Below are positions 27,164 through 37,680 of a DNA stretch of 64,000 nt, one piece after another. Origin of the DNA: Pseudobdellovibrionaceae bacterium (lineage in GTDB: Bacteria > Bdellovibrionota > Bdellovibrionia > Bdellovibrionales > Bdellovibrionaceae); the NCBI GenBank assembly GCA_039810425.1, contig JBDHWW010000003.1, positions 80,206-144,205 of the forward strand, in the 5' to 3' direction. The notes below the pieces were generated by a model. It saw nothing but the letters and a program-made list of their open reading frames with translations. It searched no databases and had not been told where the DNA came from. Every line of letters starts with the position of its first letter. Position 1 is the stretch's first letter. A program made the translations under genes and the position numbers.

Positions 27164-28654
27164 CGGAACCTCCACGCCGGACGCAGCGCTCTGAGTCGTG
27201 CCACCCAAAACAATTGTATTTAAAAGTACGACCGCATTCTGCATTTGCTTTGCTTGAGCGGCGATTTCCTCCGCAGTTCCGGCGATCTCTTCCGACGATG
27301 CCGCGTTAGACTGCGAGGACTGATCCAGGGTATTCATCGCTTTATTGATTTGAACTATACCGCCGCTTTGCTCTTGGCTGCTCATGGAAATCTCTTGATT
27401 CAAATCGGCGACCTTCTTAACGGAAACAACGATCTTGGAAAGAACTTCGCCGGAACGATCAGCGATCGCTGTGCCATTTTCAATTTTACTGACGCTTTCC
27501 TTAATAAGACCCGTGATGTCTTTTGCCGCCTCGGCACTCTTATGGGCCAAAGTTCTGACGGCATCTGCGACAACCGCAAAGCCCTTGCCTTGTTCACCCG
27601 CACGGGCGGCTTCAACCGAGGCATTCAAAGCCAACAAGTTTGTTTGAAATGCAATGTCCTCAATCACTATAATAATCTCTTCGATTTTCTTAGAAGACTC
27701 CGAGATGTCATGCATGGAGGAAATCAGCGACTGGATTTCTTTTTCACCTTCTTGCGCTGAAGCGCTTGAAGTCTGTGACAATGCCGAGGCTTGGCTTGCA
27801 TGATCTGATGCTAATTTAATCATGCTGGTCATTTCTTCGAGCGAGGCGGCGGTTTCTTCCAAAGAGACGGCGGTTTCCACAGAGGCTTGCGATAAGCCGC
27901 TCCCCGCTTCAGAAAGCTGATTAATGGCTCGAGAAATTTCCTGGCCGGATGTTTCAAGGATTTTGGCCGTTCCACCAATGGCGGATGAAACACGATGTGC
28001 AATGACGGCCATCATCGTGAATAGCAGCAAACAAGAGATCGCGCCCACACCGACTATTAATTGTGTCACTCGGGTCGTAAGTTCCTTCTGCTTGACATTT
28101 TTCTCATCCGACATCGTTTGGTAATGCTTGATGTTTTTCTCGATGGATTTACGGAACTCAATCGACATCTTATGCCAAGGACCGTAGTCGATCAAAGTAC
28201 GCGCCTGCGCCTGCGCCTCAGGAGTCTCAATGCCCAGTTTTGTAATCATCTCCTGAGTCGTGTCTATAAACTCTTTCTTATGCGCGGCCACATAGGAGTA
28301 GTTTTCCGTCTCTTGATCGTCGAAAGCACCGGATTCGTATTTAGTTTGGACTTCTTTAAACTCGTCCAAGGCGGCTTGGGCCTTACTAATGAACTCTTTT
28401 TTCCTTGTCGCATCAGTTGCGCCAATCGCCGCCCAGCTGAAGTAACCGACACTCGCACGGAGCGTCGTCATACGGCCGAGTTCATCCATCGTAGGCACCA
28501 CGTCAGTATAGGCGTCACTCAGCATATAACTAACTTCAACTAAGCCCTTATAAGAACCGCCAACAACAATGACGAAAGCAATGACCGGCAGAAACGCCGT
28601 GACTAACAGTTTGCCTTTAAGGCTACGAAACCAAGAAGTATTCAAAGTATTCAT
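27116..28654 (-). CDS. Methyl-accepting chemotaxis protein (four-helix-bundle sensor)
   Basis: Two TMs; [30 protein letters not shown]. Confidence 0.95.
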   Translation of the reverse strand: MNTLNTSWFRSLKGKLLVTAFLPVIAFVIVVGGSYKGLVEVSYMLSDAYTDVVPTMDELGRMTTLRASVGYFSWAAIGATDATRKKEFISKAQAALDEFKEVQTKYESGAFDDQETENYSYVAAHKKEFIDTTQEMITKLGIETPEAQAQARTLIDYGPWHKMSIEFRKSIEKNIKHYQTMSDEKNVKQKELTTRVTQLIVGVGAISCLLLFTMMAVIAHRVSSAIGGTAKILETSGQEISRAINQLSEAGSGLSQASVETAVSLEETAASLEEMTSMIKLASDHASQASALSQTSSASAQEGEKEIQSLISSMHDISESSKKIEEIIIVIEDIAFQTNLLALNASVEAARAGEQGKGFAVVADAVRTLAHKSAEAAKDITGLIKESVSKIENGTAIADRSGEVLSKIVVSVKKVADLNQEISMSSQEQSGGIVQINKAMNTLDQSSQSNAASSEEIAGTAEEIAAQAKQMQNAVVLLNTIVLGGTTQSAASGVEVPSLSEKRKAPASRKAA

Positions 28655-28678
28655 GATGGATTCTCCAATTCACTTTAT

Positions 28679-28705
28679 GGATCGGCACAGTATGTAATTT
28701 CTTGA
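28679..28705 (-). promoter_or_regulatory. sigma28 (FliA) promoter of MCP gene
   Basis: Minus strand TCAA-N15-GCCGATCC just upstream of the GGAG RBS. Confidence 0.65.
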
Positions 28706-28739
28706 TTAAAAACCGGTCAAATAAGACCCTCATTAATCT

Positions 28740-30806
28740 ATGAAAACAACATCGTATGGAAATCCGCCCAAAGCCTCAAAATATCCTCAAACATTCAACC
28801 ACCATGGCGATCAGCGTGTAGACCCTTATTTCTGGCTCAAGGACGTCAAGCACCCGGAAACAAAACCTTATTTAACGGCCGAGAACGCTCATACTGAGGC
28901 ATTCTTCGCGGACCACAAAGACCTTGAAAATAAATTGTATGAAGAAATGAAAGCGCGAATCGCCAAAGATGATTCTTCACCGCCGGCAAAGAGTGACGAC
29001 TATTATTACTACACCCGCACGGAAGGTGATAAGGAACAGGCTATTTACTGCCGTCGTAAAGGGTCGCCAACCGGCTCTGAAGAGATCGTTCTGGACTGCA
29101 ATGAATTAGCGGCGGGCCACAAAAGTTTTTCTCTGGGAATCTATAATGTCAGCCAAAACCACGAAGTTTTGGCTTACGCATCGGACACCGACGGCGCCGA
29201 GATTTACACTCTTTATTTTAAAGATCTCCAGAGTGGAACGCTTTATCCTGAAGTGCTTAAGAAGATCTATTACAGCAGCGCCTGGGCGAATGATCATAAA
29301 ACTTTCTACTACGTCACTCAGGATGAAAACCAACGCCCTGATAAGCTCTGGCGCCACACGCTCGGCACGCCGGTGGAGCAGGATGAAGTCTTATTTGAGG
29401 AAAAAGACAATCAGTACTTTATCTCGTGCGAACTCTCGGAGAATGAGGAGTACGTTTTTCTCAATCGTCAAAGCCATGCGACGTCTGAGTTTTATTTCTT
29501 GTCCGCGAAAGATCCGAAAGCATCTTTGCAATTGTTCTCGAAACTTGAAGAAAAGGTCGAGTACGATATCACTCACCGCGGAAATTATTTCTACATCATG
29601 ACGAATAAAAATGCGCAGACCTTCAAGCTCTGTCGCACGCCCGTAGGCAGGACTTCCAGCGAAAATTGGGAGACCCTCATTGAACCGACTCCCGAACGCA
29701 CTTTGAGGTCCATTGCCGCATTTCAGGATTTCATGATCGTTTCCGCAACTGAACAAGCCCTGCAGACTTTGTACAAGTTTAATTACGAGACTTTTAAAAT
29801 GGAGCCCATCGAATTTCCAGATCCGATTTATCAAGTCGGTCTTGGTTCGAACCTCGAGTTTGCAACAGACTGGGTCCGACTGAACTACAGCTCGTTGGTA
29901 CAACCTAATCAGACTTACGATCTGAATATGAAAACCAAAGAGAAAATCGTGCGCAAAGTTCAAAACATCCCATCCGGCTATAATGCGGACGAGTACAGTT
30001 CAGAACGCGTGTGGGCGACTTCTCACGACGGGATCAAGGTTCCCGTGTCTTTGGTTTACAAAAAATCACTTCGCAAGCAAGGTCCTCAACCAATGTTGCT
30101 GTATGCGTATGGCTCTTACGGCTATTCGATGCCGACGGCGTTTAACGCACAAAAAATCAGTCTGTTGGATCGTGGCTATATCTACGCCATCGCCCACATT
30201 CGTGGCGGCGCGGATATGGGGCGCCAATGGTACGAAGAAGGAAAGTTCTTGAAAAAGAAAAACACCTTCTTGGATTTTATCTCGAGCGCCGAGTATCTGA
30301 TTCAACATAAATATGCAGAGCCAAAAACGCTTTCGATTATGGGCGGTAGCGCCGGCGGCATGTTGATGGGCGCTGTGGTGAATATGCGCCCGGAACTTTT
30401 CAATGCCTCTTTGGCGATTGTTCCATTCGTAGATGTTCTGAACACGATGCTCGATGCGTCCTTGCCCCTGACGCAAATGGAGTACCAGGAGTGGGGAAAT
30501 CCTGAGACTTCGAAAGAGTACTATGACTACATCAAGAGCTATTCGCCTTATGACAACGTGAAGGCCCAGAACTATCCTAATATATACATCAAAGCCGGTC
30601 TTAATGATCCACGTGTGACTTATTGGGAACCGGCAAAATGGTGTGCAAAATTGCGTGAGACAAAAACAGACCATAATGTTTTGCTTCTAGAAACGGATAT
30701 GCAATCAGGGCATGCCGGAGCTTCTGGGCGATTTGAGTATCTGAAGGAAATTGCCCGTCAGTATACTTTTATTTTGGCAACCAGCACACCGGAGCTCTGC
30801 AAGTAG
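28740..30806 (+). CDS. ptrB: Oligopeptidase B (S9A)
   Basis: DPYFWL, HIRGG, GGSAGG, NDPRV.YWEP, GH catalytic triad motifs. Confidence 0.95.
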   Translation: MKTTSYGNPPKASKYPQTFNHHGDQRVDPYFWLKDVKHPETKPYLTAENAHTEAFFADHKDLENKLYEEMKARIAKDDSSPPAKSDDYYYYTRTEGDKEQAIYCRRKGSPTGSEEIVLDCNELAAGHKSFSLGIYNVSQNHEVLAYASDTDGAEIYTLYFKDLQSGTLYPEVLKKIYYSSAWANDHKTFYYVTQDENQRPDKLWRHTLGTPVEQDEVLFEEKDNQYFISCELSENEEYVFLNRQSHATSEFYFLSAKDPKASLQLFSKLEEKVEYDITHRGNYFYIMTNKNAQTFKLCRTPVGRTSSENWETLIEPTPERTLRSIAAFQDFMIVSATEQALQTLYKFNYETFKMEPIEFPDPIYQVGLGSNLEFATDWVRLNYSSLVQPNQTYDLNMKTKEKIVRKVQNIPSGYNADEYSSERVWATSHDGIKVPVSLVYKKSLRKQGPQPMLLYAYGSYGYSMPTAFNAQKISLLDRGYIYAIAHIRGGADMGRQWYEEGKFLKKKNTFLDFISSAEYLIQHKYAEPKTLSIMGGSAGGMLMGAVVNMRPELFNASLAIVPFVDVLNTMLDASLPLTQMEYQEWGNPETSKEYYDYIKSYSPYDNVKAQNYPNIYIKAGLNDPRVTYWEPAKWCAKLRETKTDHNVLLLETDMQSGHAGASGRFEYLKEIARQYTFILATSTPELCK

Positions 30807-31485
30807 CTTCGGTCAGGCAAGCTGCCCCAGCTTTGAAGGTGTCTAACCGGCACTGATCGCTGGGATAAGAGTGGCGATTTAATTCTATCGCGACTTCGGG
30901 CGCAGTTTTCTCAAGAGAAACTGAAACTTGGTCCGGGGTCGCGTACTTCTGGGAAATTAGAAAAAAGCCCAAAGCCGCCAGCTCGATTTTTTGTTTGAGT
31001 TGCACGTTTGTCAGCCTAGGCTGCAGCATTTGGAAATAGCGGGGCAAACATTTCGATGCCGCAAAAAAATCAGACTGCCCTTCGACCGAAGTCCACTCGG
31101 CATCTATGACGTCTTGGTAAGGTGCTCCGCCGATAACGTGACCGATCTCGTGGCACATCACTGCTGCTAAAATATCTTCTGTCATTTCAGGATTTCGAAT
31201 CATTCCACCAAAAACTTTGATCGCGATCACAGGCCCTGCTTCTTCGACAACGCCTGCTCCAAAATACGGCATTTCCCACAGAACTTGAATCATCATCGGC
31301 TTTTGCGTCTTTTGAAAGGCTTCGACAAAATAGAGCCGGATTAAGTCCGCCGAGATTTTTTCAGCATTGGCTTGAGTCACAGGCCCCACATTGGCGGCAT
31401 CTACTGGAATGCTAAAGTACTCCGCCGCACTCGCTGAGGTAAAACTGAAAACCAGCACAATAAGCATGAAGAGTGTTTTTAACAT
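30769..31485 (-). CDS. Secreted zinc metalloprotease (M48-like)
   Basis: AVMCHEIGH zincin motif, EGQSDFFA; signal peptide begins MLKTLF at 31485 (track start 31743 probably too long). Confidence 0.75.
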   Translation of the reverse strand: MLKTLFMLIVLVFSFTSASAAEYFSIPVDAANVGPVTQANAEKISADLIRLYFVEAFQKTQKPMMIQVLWEMPYFGAGVVEEAGPVIAIKVFGGMIRNPEMTEDILAAVMCHEIGHVIGGAPYQDVIDAEWTSVEGQSDFFAASKCLPRYFQMLQPRLTNVQLKQKIELAALGFFLISQKYATPDQVSVSLEKTAPEVAIELNRHSYPSDQCRLDTFKAGAACLTEATCRAPVCWLPK

Positions 31486-31616
31486 CCGATGAATATATCT
31501 TTTTTGCCGATGGCCGCGGGCAAATTCATCATATTGTGAATTAATTTCCTCTGTGCCTAAAAGTTCCTCAAAGCCGTTTAAAACCCCGCGAACTCCCTTG
31601 ATAATTTGATAAAGCC

Positions 31617-31683
31617 GGAAGGTCCCCCAAGACAAAATCTTAGTAAAAGGGCGAAGATCAAAAAGGCCCTTGAGGGACCTTCC
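31617..31683 (-). other. 15-bp inverted repeat / candidate structured RNA in long intergenic region
   Basis: Minus strand GGAAGGTCCCTCAAG-37nt-CTTGGGGGACCTTCC; the sole mismatch is a U-G wobble on the minus strand. Confidence 0.55.
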
Positions 31684-31980
31684 TTTAAACTTTGATAATA
31701 GGCTCACTGAGAGTAAGAAACTTATAGCATGGGTTTTTCGCATGAATTTTAAAGAGCAGCTCTAACGCAAATCACATTGCCCGTAAGAGCGCCTAGCCCC
31801 TTCGCCCCGAAGCAAAGCTCCACACACAAAAATCACGTCAACAGGAAATTACACAATTATTTTGTATCTGTTTGCAGTGCATTTGACATTGGAATGACGT
31901 TCGCACTTTAAAAATCTGAAACACTGTTCCCGTTGATCAAAAGGAAACTAATCCTACCACCAATGGAGTCCATTACGGCC

Positions 31981-32118
31981 ATGAAAGCTCTTTTACTGAT
32001 TATTTTCCTTTTCAGCGCTTCCGGTGAAGCCATGGGTTGGTACGATCAGATCCATGGCGTTTTGTCTTTAAAAGACGATACTAAAATCATGGTGTTGACA
32101 GTAACTTCTTGCGGGTAA
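31981..32118 (+). CDS. Small ORF with signal peptide (45 aa), possibly a truncated gene
   Basis: MKALLLIIFLFSASGEA signal peptide followed by only 28 aa. Confidence 0.35.
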   Translation: MKALLLIIFLFSASGEAMGWYDQIHGVLSLKDDTKIMVLTVTSCG

Positions 32119-32194
32119 AGTCTGTTCTTCTAATGAACAAAATAAAATTTAGGTTCCTGGTTCTCACAAAGTTTTTCTTATCTTTGGAGGGTCT

Positions 32195-33655
32195 ATGAAA
32201 TCCGGTTTTTCTTTGGTTCTAAGTTCTCTGACGGTCTTGACTCTGACCGCCACTGCCGCCAGTGGGAAGAAAATCGATAGCCTGGAGGATCTCAGCCGCG
32301 ATGCCTATATCTGGGGCTATCCGGCAGTCTATTTGAGTAAAGCGCGCGAAGCGATGCTCAGCAAAACCAAAGGTGGTCTGGAATCTATCAATCACTTTTA
32401 TCACTCCAGTAAAATTCCTGACCCGTTTGTTGGCCACTTTTTAAATGTGAATCCCGAGAATCTCTATAGCTGGGCCTGGGTTGACCTGAGTAAAGAGCCC
32501 TTGATCATGACCCATCCGGCAATCAGTGCCCGGTACTATTCAGTGCAGTTCGTAGATGCCTATTCCACCGTATTTCATGCGATCAGCAATGTGAACTTTG
32601 GCGAAAAAGCAGGAACCTTTATTTTAACCGGACCAAGCTGGAAAGGCGAGGCGCCGAAAGATCTTCATCAAGTGCGCGCTTCGACGCCTGAAGTGCTGAT
32701 CGTTGCGCAGACCTTTGTGAAAGATGCTAAAGAGCTTTCGAGCGCCGCAAAACTTGCGAGTCAGCGCCAACTGATTCCACTTTCAAGCTGGCAAAAAGGC
32801 ATTCAAGTAGATACTTTTAAAGGCGCTTATCCAACGGCGCCACTGAAAATCAGTAAAAATATCGCCGCTAGCGGCACCCAATTCTACGAAGAGCTTCGCC
32901 GGGTTGTGGAAAAAAATCCACCGCCCACTCAAGCGAACGTAAAAGAATTCAATCGCTTTAAACCACTTGGTTTGCAAGATGAAGCAACACTACAGGCGGC
33001 TTTAGCCGGCGAAACCACCGGAAAAATGATGGAGCACGGACTCTTCGAAGGCGAGCGAGAAATTCAACAGCGCCTTGCGACCGGCTTTGGTGCTAGAATC
33101 AATGGCTGGGTCTATGAGCTGAAGGCTCCTCCCTTTACCGATGACTACATGATCAGAGCTGCGGCATCACAGAGATATCTCTTTTCACAGCCTCCGGAAG
33201 AAAGCGTGCAAATGGCCCTTGAGGCCGACAGCGAGGGCCGCCAGCTCACCGGGAGTTATCGCTATGTGCTGCACTTTGAAAAAGATGATTTTCCACCGGC
33301 CCGGTACATGTGGTCACTCCGAGTGCACGAGCTCAAGAGTAAAAACCTCGATGATTTAAGCCGGGCGATTTCTTTCTTGAACGACAAGTCGTCGTCGCTC
33401 AAATACAATATGGACGGCTCGATGGATCTGTTGCTGCAAGAGGAAAAACCGGCCAAAATCTATCGTTCCAACTGGCTTCCTATCACCAGCAATGCGAATT
33501 TCTACGTGGTATTGACGCTGTATAACCCCAGCAATTCAGTGCTAAACCGCAAGTATATTGCACCTTCTCTGGTGCGAGTGGATGAGAGCACCATTCCTAA
33601 GCAGCGCGTGACTCACACAATGATGGCGGATGCCACAGAGCCTGTTTCAAAGTGA
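32195..33655 (+). CDS. DUF1254/DUF1214 exported protein
   Basis: AYIWGYP, NPENLYSWAWVDLSKEP, RYYSVQFVD, YVLHF, WSL, DGS.DL, NWLP motifs; GGAGG RBS. Confidence 0.88.
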   Translation: MKSGFSLVLSSLTVLTLTATAASGKKIDSLEDLSRDAYIWGYPAVYLSKAREAMLSKTKGGLESINHFYHSSKIPDPFVGHFLNVNPENLYSWAWVDLSKEPLIMTHPAISARYYSVQFVDAYSTVFHAISNVNFGEKAGTFILTGPSWKGEAPKDLHQVRASTPEVLIVAQTFVKDAKELSSAAKLASQRQLIPLSSWQKGIQVDTFKGAYPTAPLKISKNIAASGTQFYEELRRVVEKNPPPTQANVKEFNRFKPLGLQDEATLQAALAGETTGKMMEHGLFEGEREIQQRLATGFGARINGWVYELKAPPFTDDYMIRAAASQRYLFSQPPEESVQMALEADSEGRQLTGSYRYVLHFEKDDFPPARYMWSLRVHELKSKNLDDLSRAISFLNDKSSSLKYNMDGSMDLLLQEEKPAKIYRSNWLPITSNANFYVVLTLYNPSNSVLNRKYIAPSLVRVDESTIPKQRVTHTMMADATEPVSK

Positions 33656-33734
33656 GACGGGCTCAAAAAGGGCACTCTTCTCAAGAGTTTGACAGGTAAT
33701 TTTTCCTCACTCCCCCCTAAATTGTCTCTGTCTG

Positions 33735-33750
33735 TGGCACAGGCTCTGCT
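33735..33750 (+). promoter_or_regulatory. Putative sigma54 promoter
   Basis: TGGCAC-AGGCT-CTGCT, 70 bp upstream of lipoprotein ATG. Confidence 0.7.
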
Positions 33751-33819
33751 ATTGACCTCATATGTAGGCTTCTAATGAAGAAGCGTAATAACCATGGCCG
33801 CCCTGAAAAAGAGGACATT

Positions 33820-34569
33820 ATGAAAAATTTCATTTTCTTAATCGCTGGTTTTCTAGTTTCCGCTTTCATCGTTGCCTGCGGCTCAGGAAGCAGCGATAAC
33901 AACGGTGGCAACCCCACAGTCCAATGCCCGGCTGGAACCACCTTCCAAAACGGCTACTGTGTTGGACCTAATGGCAATGTGATACAAACTGGATCCGTCG
34001 GTTTCTACTCAGAAAACTGGTACAATCGATCTTTGACGGTGAGTTCCGGCAATGGGATGAGAGAATTCCTGAAAAATGCCATGGGCGTATGTGACCGCAA
34101 CCACTCTGACGGCGGCCTTGCGGACTGTTCCGCGTGGTTGTCAGGTTCCTTTGATGTCGTGATGCAATCTCCGAACACACAAACAAACACGGTTCAAGTG
34201 ACTTTCAGAGCAAAACCAAAAACAAGTCCGTATGGTTACTATTCATACTCATTCCCATCAGGAGGTCAGTTGGCGGGTGCGCTGTTAGGTTTCCCAGTTG
34301 TATCAAACCCGAGCGCTGTTCGAAATCCTTTGCAGCTCAATCTGACGGTGTCTGTAACGAATAACTACCAAGGCTTTGAAACACGCGGCTACGGCGACTT
34401 CTACACAAATGCCAACAGAAGCTTGATCCAAATTCAAGTTGCTAAAGGAAAACTTGAAGATCCAAGTTTCGATTATCGTATCGCATACCGCGGCGAAATT
34501 ATTGTTACGGGAACTTTTGTCCGCTGCAACACTGCAGATTGCGGATTGTCCTCTCCTATCGGATATTAA
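33820..34569 (+). CDS. Cys-containing lipoprotein of unknown function
   Basis: GAGG RBS; lipobox FIVA-C; several paired Cys. Confidence 0.8.
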   Translation: MKNFIFLIAGFLVSAFIVACGSGSSDNNGGNPTVQCPAGTTFQNGYCVGPNGNVIQTGSVGFYSENWYNRSLTVSSGNGMREFLKNAMGVCDRNHSDGGLADCSAWLSGSFDVVMQSPNTQTNTVQVTFRAKPKTSPYGYYSYSFPSGGQLAGALLGFPVVSNPSAVRNPLQLNLTVSVTNNYQGFETRGYGDFYTNANRSLIQIQVAKGKLEDPSFDYRIAYRGEIIVTGTFVRCNTADCGLSSPIGY

Positions 34570-34634
34570 TTCGGGCGCTGTGCGCAGGATGCGGAGGGCC
34601 CGAGGCCCGCAACTTGCCTTGGCCCGGAGCTGAC

Positions 34635-34868
34635 ATGAAAAAAGAAAATCAAAACCATTTTAACCCTAAACGCAAAATCAAATGCCCACAATGTGGGCGT
34701 TTGACGGTTTTCTCCTCTGAAAATCCCTTTCGACCTTTCTGTTCTGAACGCTGCCGCATGATCGATCTCGGACAGTGGGCGGATGAGTCGTATCGCATTC
34801 CGATTGAACAGAGTTCTGTCTCTAGCGAACTCGAGATTCCTGAAGAAGATGCTGATAATTATCAATAG
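34635..34868 (+). CDS. yacG: DNA gyrase inhibitor YacG
   Basis: CPQC...[20 protein letters not shown]. Confidence 0.93.
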   Translation: MKKENQNHFNPKRKIKCPQCGRLTVFSSENPFRPFCSERCRMIDLGQWADESYRIPIEQSSVSSELEIPEEDADNYQ

Positions 34869-34963
34869 GTCTTACTTTTTGATGTTGACGAATTCTTGTT
34901 TTTGTCTTTTCATTGTGCTCATTAGAGGAAGAGTTAACAACATTGACACAATGAGGAGTCAAA

Positions 34964-35236
34964 ATGAACAAAGCTCAATTGATCGAAAAGATCGCTACTG
35001 AAACTAAAACTTCTAAAGCTCAAGCTGAAGCAATCTTGGATTGCGCTATCGAGAACATCAAAAAAACTGTTAAAAAAGGTGATGATGTAAAACTCGTTGG
35101 TTTCGGTACTTTCACTAAAGCTAAACGTAAAGCTCGCACTGGTCGCAACCCACAAACTGGTAAAGCGATTAAAATCCCAGCTTCTTGGGCTCCAAAATTC
35201 CGTGCTGGCGCGGAATTCAAATCAATGGTTAAGTAA
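34964..35236 (+). CDS. hup: DNA-binding protein HU
   Basis: MNKAQLI, VGFGTF, ARTGRNPQTG. Confidence 0.97.
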   Translation: MNKAQLIEKIATETKTSKAQAEAILDCAIENIKKTVKKGDDVKLVGFGTFTKAKRKARTGRNPQTGKAIKIPASWAPKFRAGAEFKSMVK

Positions 35237-35258
35237 TTTATTACTGACTAATGATTCC

Positions 35259-35290
35259 AAAAAGGATCGCGAAAGCGATCCTTTTTTTTT
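35259..35290 (+). terminator. Rho-independent (bidirectional) terminator
   Basis: AAAAAGGATCGC-GAAA-GCGATCCTTTTTTTTT. Confidence 0.92.
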
Positions 35291-35404
35291 GGCGCTAACG
35301 CAGGCGCACAAAGAGCCCGCGCGAACACCAGAGGCCTCATGAAAATCGCCATCCTTGTGACTGGAACACTCTTGTGCTAGCCTCATTTCACCGAGGAATT
35401 CATC

Positions 35405-36379
35405 ATGAAGAAAATTGGCGTATATACATCTGGCGGAGACGCTCCTGGCATGAATGCGGCCATTCGAGCAGTGGTTCGGATGGGAATCGCGAAGGGCCTT
35501 GAAGTCTACGGAATCTTTCACGGTTACGCCGGTATGATCGAAGGAAACATTTCTCAACTGCAGCTGCGTGATGTCGCCAATATTATTCAGCGCGGAGGGA
35601 CCGTTTTAAAAACCGGCCGCTCTGCCGAATTCATGAAACCGGAGTACCGCAAAAAAGCGGCCGACAGTCTCCGCACACAGGGAATCGAAGGTTTGGTGTG
35701 CATCGGCGGTGATGGCTCTTACCGTGGGGCCCATGCACTTTGGGAAGAACATAAAATTCCTGTTGTCGGTATTCCCGGCACCATTGATAACGATATTTTC
35801 GGCTCTGATAACACCATCGGCTTTGACACGGCAGTAAATACCGCTCTCGATGCGATCGATAAAATCCGCGACACGGCCGCCAGCCATGACCGCCTATTCA
35901 TTGTTGAAGTGATGGGCCGAAACTCCGGTCACATTGCTTCTCATGTGGGCCTGGCCGGTGGTGCGGAGGAAATCTTCACACCCGATGCGAACACCACTGT
36001 TGATAAAGCTGTGGAAAGAATTAAAGCGTCCATGAAACGCGGAAAAACCAGCTCGATTATCGTGGCTGCAGAGGGGCAAAAGCCCGGCCGAGCTTACGAT
36101 TTGGCCGAAGCCATACGTAAAAAATCGGGTCTTGATGCCAAGGTCTGCATTCTTGGTCACATTCAGCGCGGTGGCAGCCCGACGGCGAGTGACCGTATTC
36201 TGGCTTCACGCATGGGAGCGGCCGCGATTGAAACGCTGCTGGCAGGCCAATCCGACGTCATGGTCGGGACTGAAGCTGATAGATTGATCACGATGTCTCT
36301 GGAAATCGTGACCAAATCAGAGAAAAAGAGCACGAGTTCGATGGATCTCGTGAATCTCGCGGTGGCGCTGTCGATTTAG
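35405..36379 (+). CDS. pfkA: ATP-dependent 6-phosphofructokinase
   Basis: TSGGDAPGMN, GGDGS, PGTIDND, EVMGR, LGHIQRGG. Confidence 0.97.
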   Translation: MKKIGVYTSGGDAPGMNAAIRAVVRMGIAKGLEVYGIFHGYAGMIEGNISQLQLRDVANIIQRGGTVLKTGRSAEFMKPEYRKKAADSLRTQGIEGLVCIGGDGSYRGAHALWEEHKIPVVGIPGTIDNDIFGSDNTIGFDTAVNTALDAIDKIRDTAASHDRLFIVEVMGRNSGHIASHVGLAGGAEEIFTPDANTTVDKAVERIKASMKRGKTSSIIVAAEGQKPGRAYDLAEAIRKKSGLDAKVCILGHIQRGGSPTASDRILASRMGAAAIETLLAGQSDVMVGTEADRLITMSLEIVTKSEKKSTSSMDLVNLAVALSI

Positions 36380-36550
36380 CCGCTTTCTTGGCGGTCCTCC
36401 GGGGCCATCAGGTTCTTGTGTCTCGGGATACGCACGCACTTTTTTGGTACTTGCACATACCTGCTCCTTCTTGGTCTCAGCGTAAATAAAAATTGACCGA
36501 ACCTCTTGTGATTGCAATTATTTGCAATATAGAAACAGGAGTCTAAAAAT

Positions 36551-37672
36551 ATGAAAAAAATGATCGTCGCTCTCCTCATGGTTTTGCCGTTGATGGGTGC
36601 CTGTACTAAAAAAAGCAACGAAATCCTTGTCGGGGAATACGGTTCTTTGACTGGTAACGACGCCACGTTCGGCCTTTCCACGAACAAAGGCTTGCGCATG
36701 GCCTTTGAAGAAATAAACGCTGCCGGTGGAATCAATGGCAAAAAAATCAAGCTTATCACTATTGATGACCAAGGCAAAAGCGATGAAGCGGCCGCGGCCG
36801 TAACCCGTTTGATCACTCAAGATAACGTTGTTGCGATTATCGGTGAAGTTGCCAGCGGGCGCTCTAAAGCCGGTGCTCCGATCGCTCAAAAGCACCAGAT
36901 CCCGATGATCACTCATGCTTCAACAAATCCAACGGTGACTCAAGTGGGCGATTATATCTTCCGTACTTGCTTCATTGATCCATTCCAAGGTTTTGTGGTT
37001 GCCAAATTTGCCAACCAAAACTTGAAAGCTAAAAAAGCAGCTGTGCTTCGTGATGTGAAATCTGAATACTCTGTGGGTTTGGCCGATGTTTTCGTGACTG
37101 AGTTCAAAAAAATGGGCGGCGAGATCGTAACAGACTTGAGCTATCAAGGAAACGATATCGATTTTAAAGCCCAATTGACTCAAATCCGCTCTAAGAATCC
37201 AGATGTGATCTTTATTCCTGGTTACTATACTGAAGTGGGTCTGATAGCGCAGCAAGCACGTCAGCTTGGCATCAAGGCAACCTTGCTAGGTGGTGACGGC
37301 TGGGATTCTGCCCGTTTGAGCGAAATCGGTAAAGACGCGATCAATGGCAGCTACTACTCAAATCACTACACGACTGAATCCACGGATCCATTGGTTGTGG
37401 ATTTCGTTAAAAAGTTTAAAGAGAAATACAACGAGACTCCGGATGTGATGGCGGCCTTGGCATACGATGCTGGCAAGATCTTGGCGGCGGCAATGGCTCG
37501 CACGAAAGAAGTGACTCCTAAAAACATCCGCGACGAAATTACTAAAACCAAAGATTTCCCCGGTGTGACTGGAAAAATCAGTTTGAATGCTGACCGCAAC
37601 GCGGATAAGAGCGCCGTGATCGTGCAAGTTCAAGGTCCTGAGCGTAAATACGTCACCACGATTGCTCAGTAA
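36551..37672 (+). CDS. livK: Branched-chain amino acid ABC transporter substrate-binding lipoprotein
   Basis: Lipobox MGA-C; EINAAGGING; YIFRTC; heads the liv operon. Confidence 0.9.
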   Translation: MKKMIVALLMVLPLMGACTKKSNEILVGEYGSLTGNDATFGLSTNKGLRMAFEEINAAGGINGKKIKLITIDDQGKSDEAAAAVTRLITQDNVVAIIGEVASGRSKAGAPIAQKHQIPMITHASTNPTVTQVGDYIFRTCFIDPFQGFVVAKFANQNLKAKKAAVLRDVKSEYSVGLADVFVTEFKKMGGEIVTDLSYQGNDIDFKAQLTQIRSKNPDVIFIPGYYTEVGLIAQQARQLGIKATLLGGDGWDSARLSEIGKDAINGSYYSNHYTTESTDPLVVDFVKKFKEKYNETPDVMAALAYDAGKILAAAMARTKEVTPKNIRDEITKTKDFPGVTGKISLNADRNADKSAVIVQVQGPERKYVTTIAQ

Positions 37673-37680
37673 GGATCGGC

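Noticed and set aside
28740..30806. Oligopeptidase B as the RiPP leader peptidase
   Set aside because: 13 kb away, a widespread housekeeping enzyme, with no linkage evidence.
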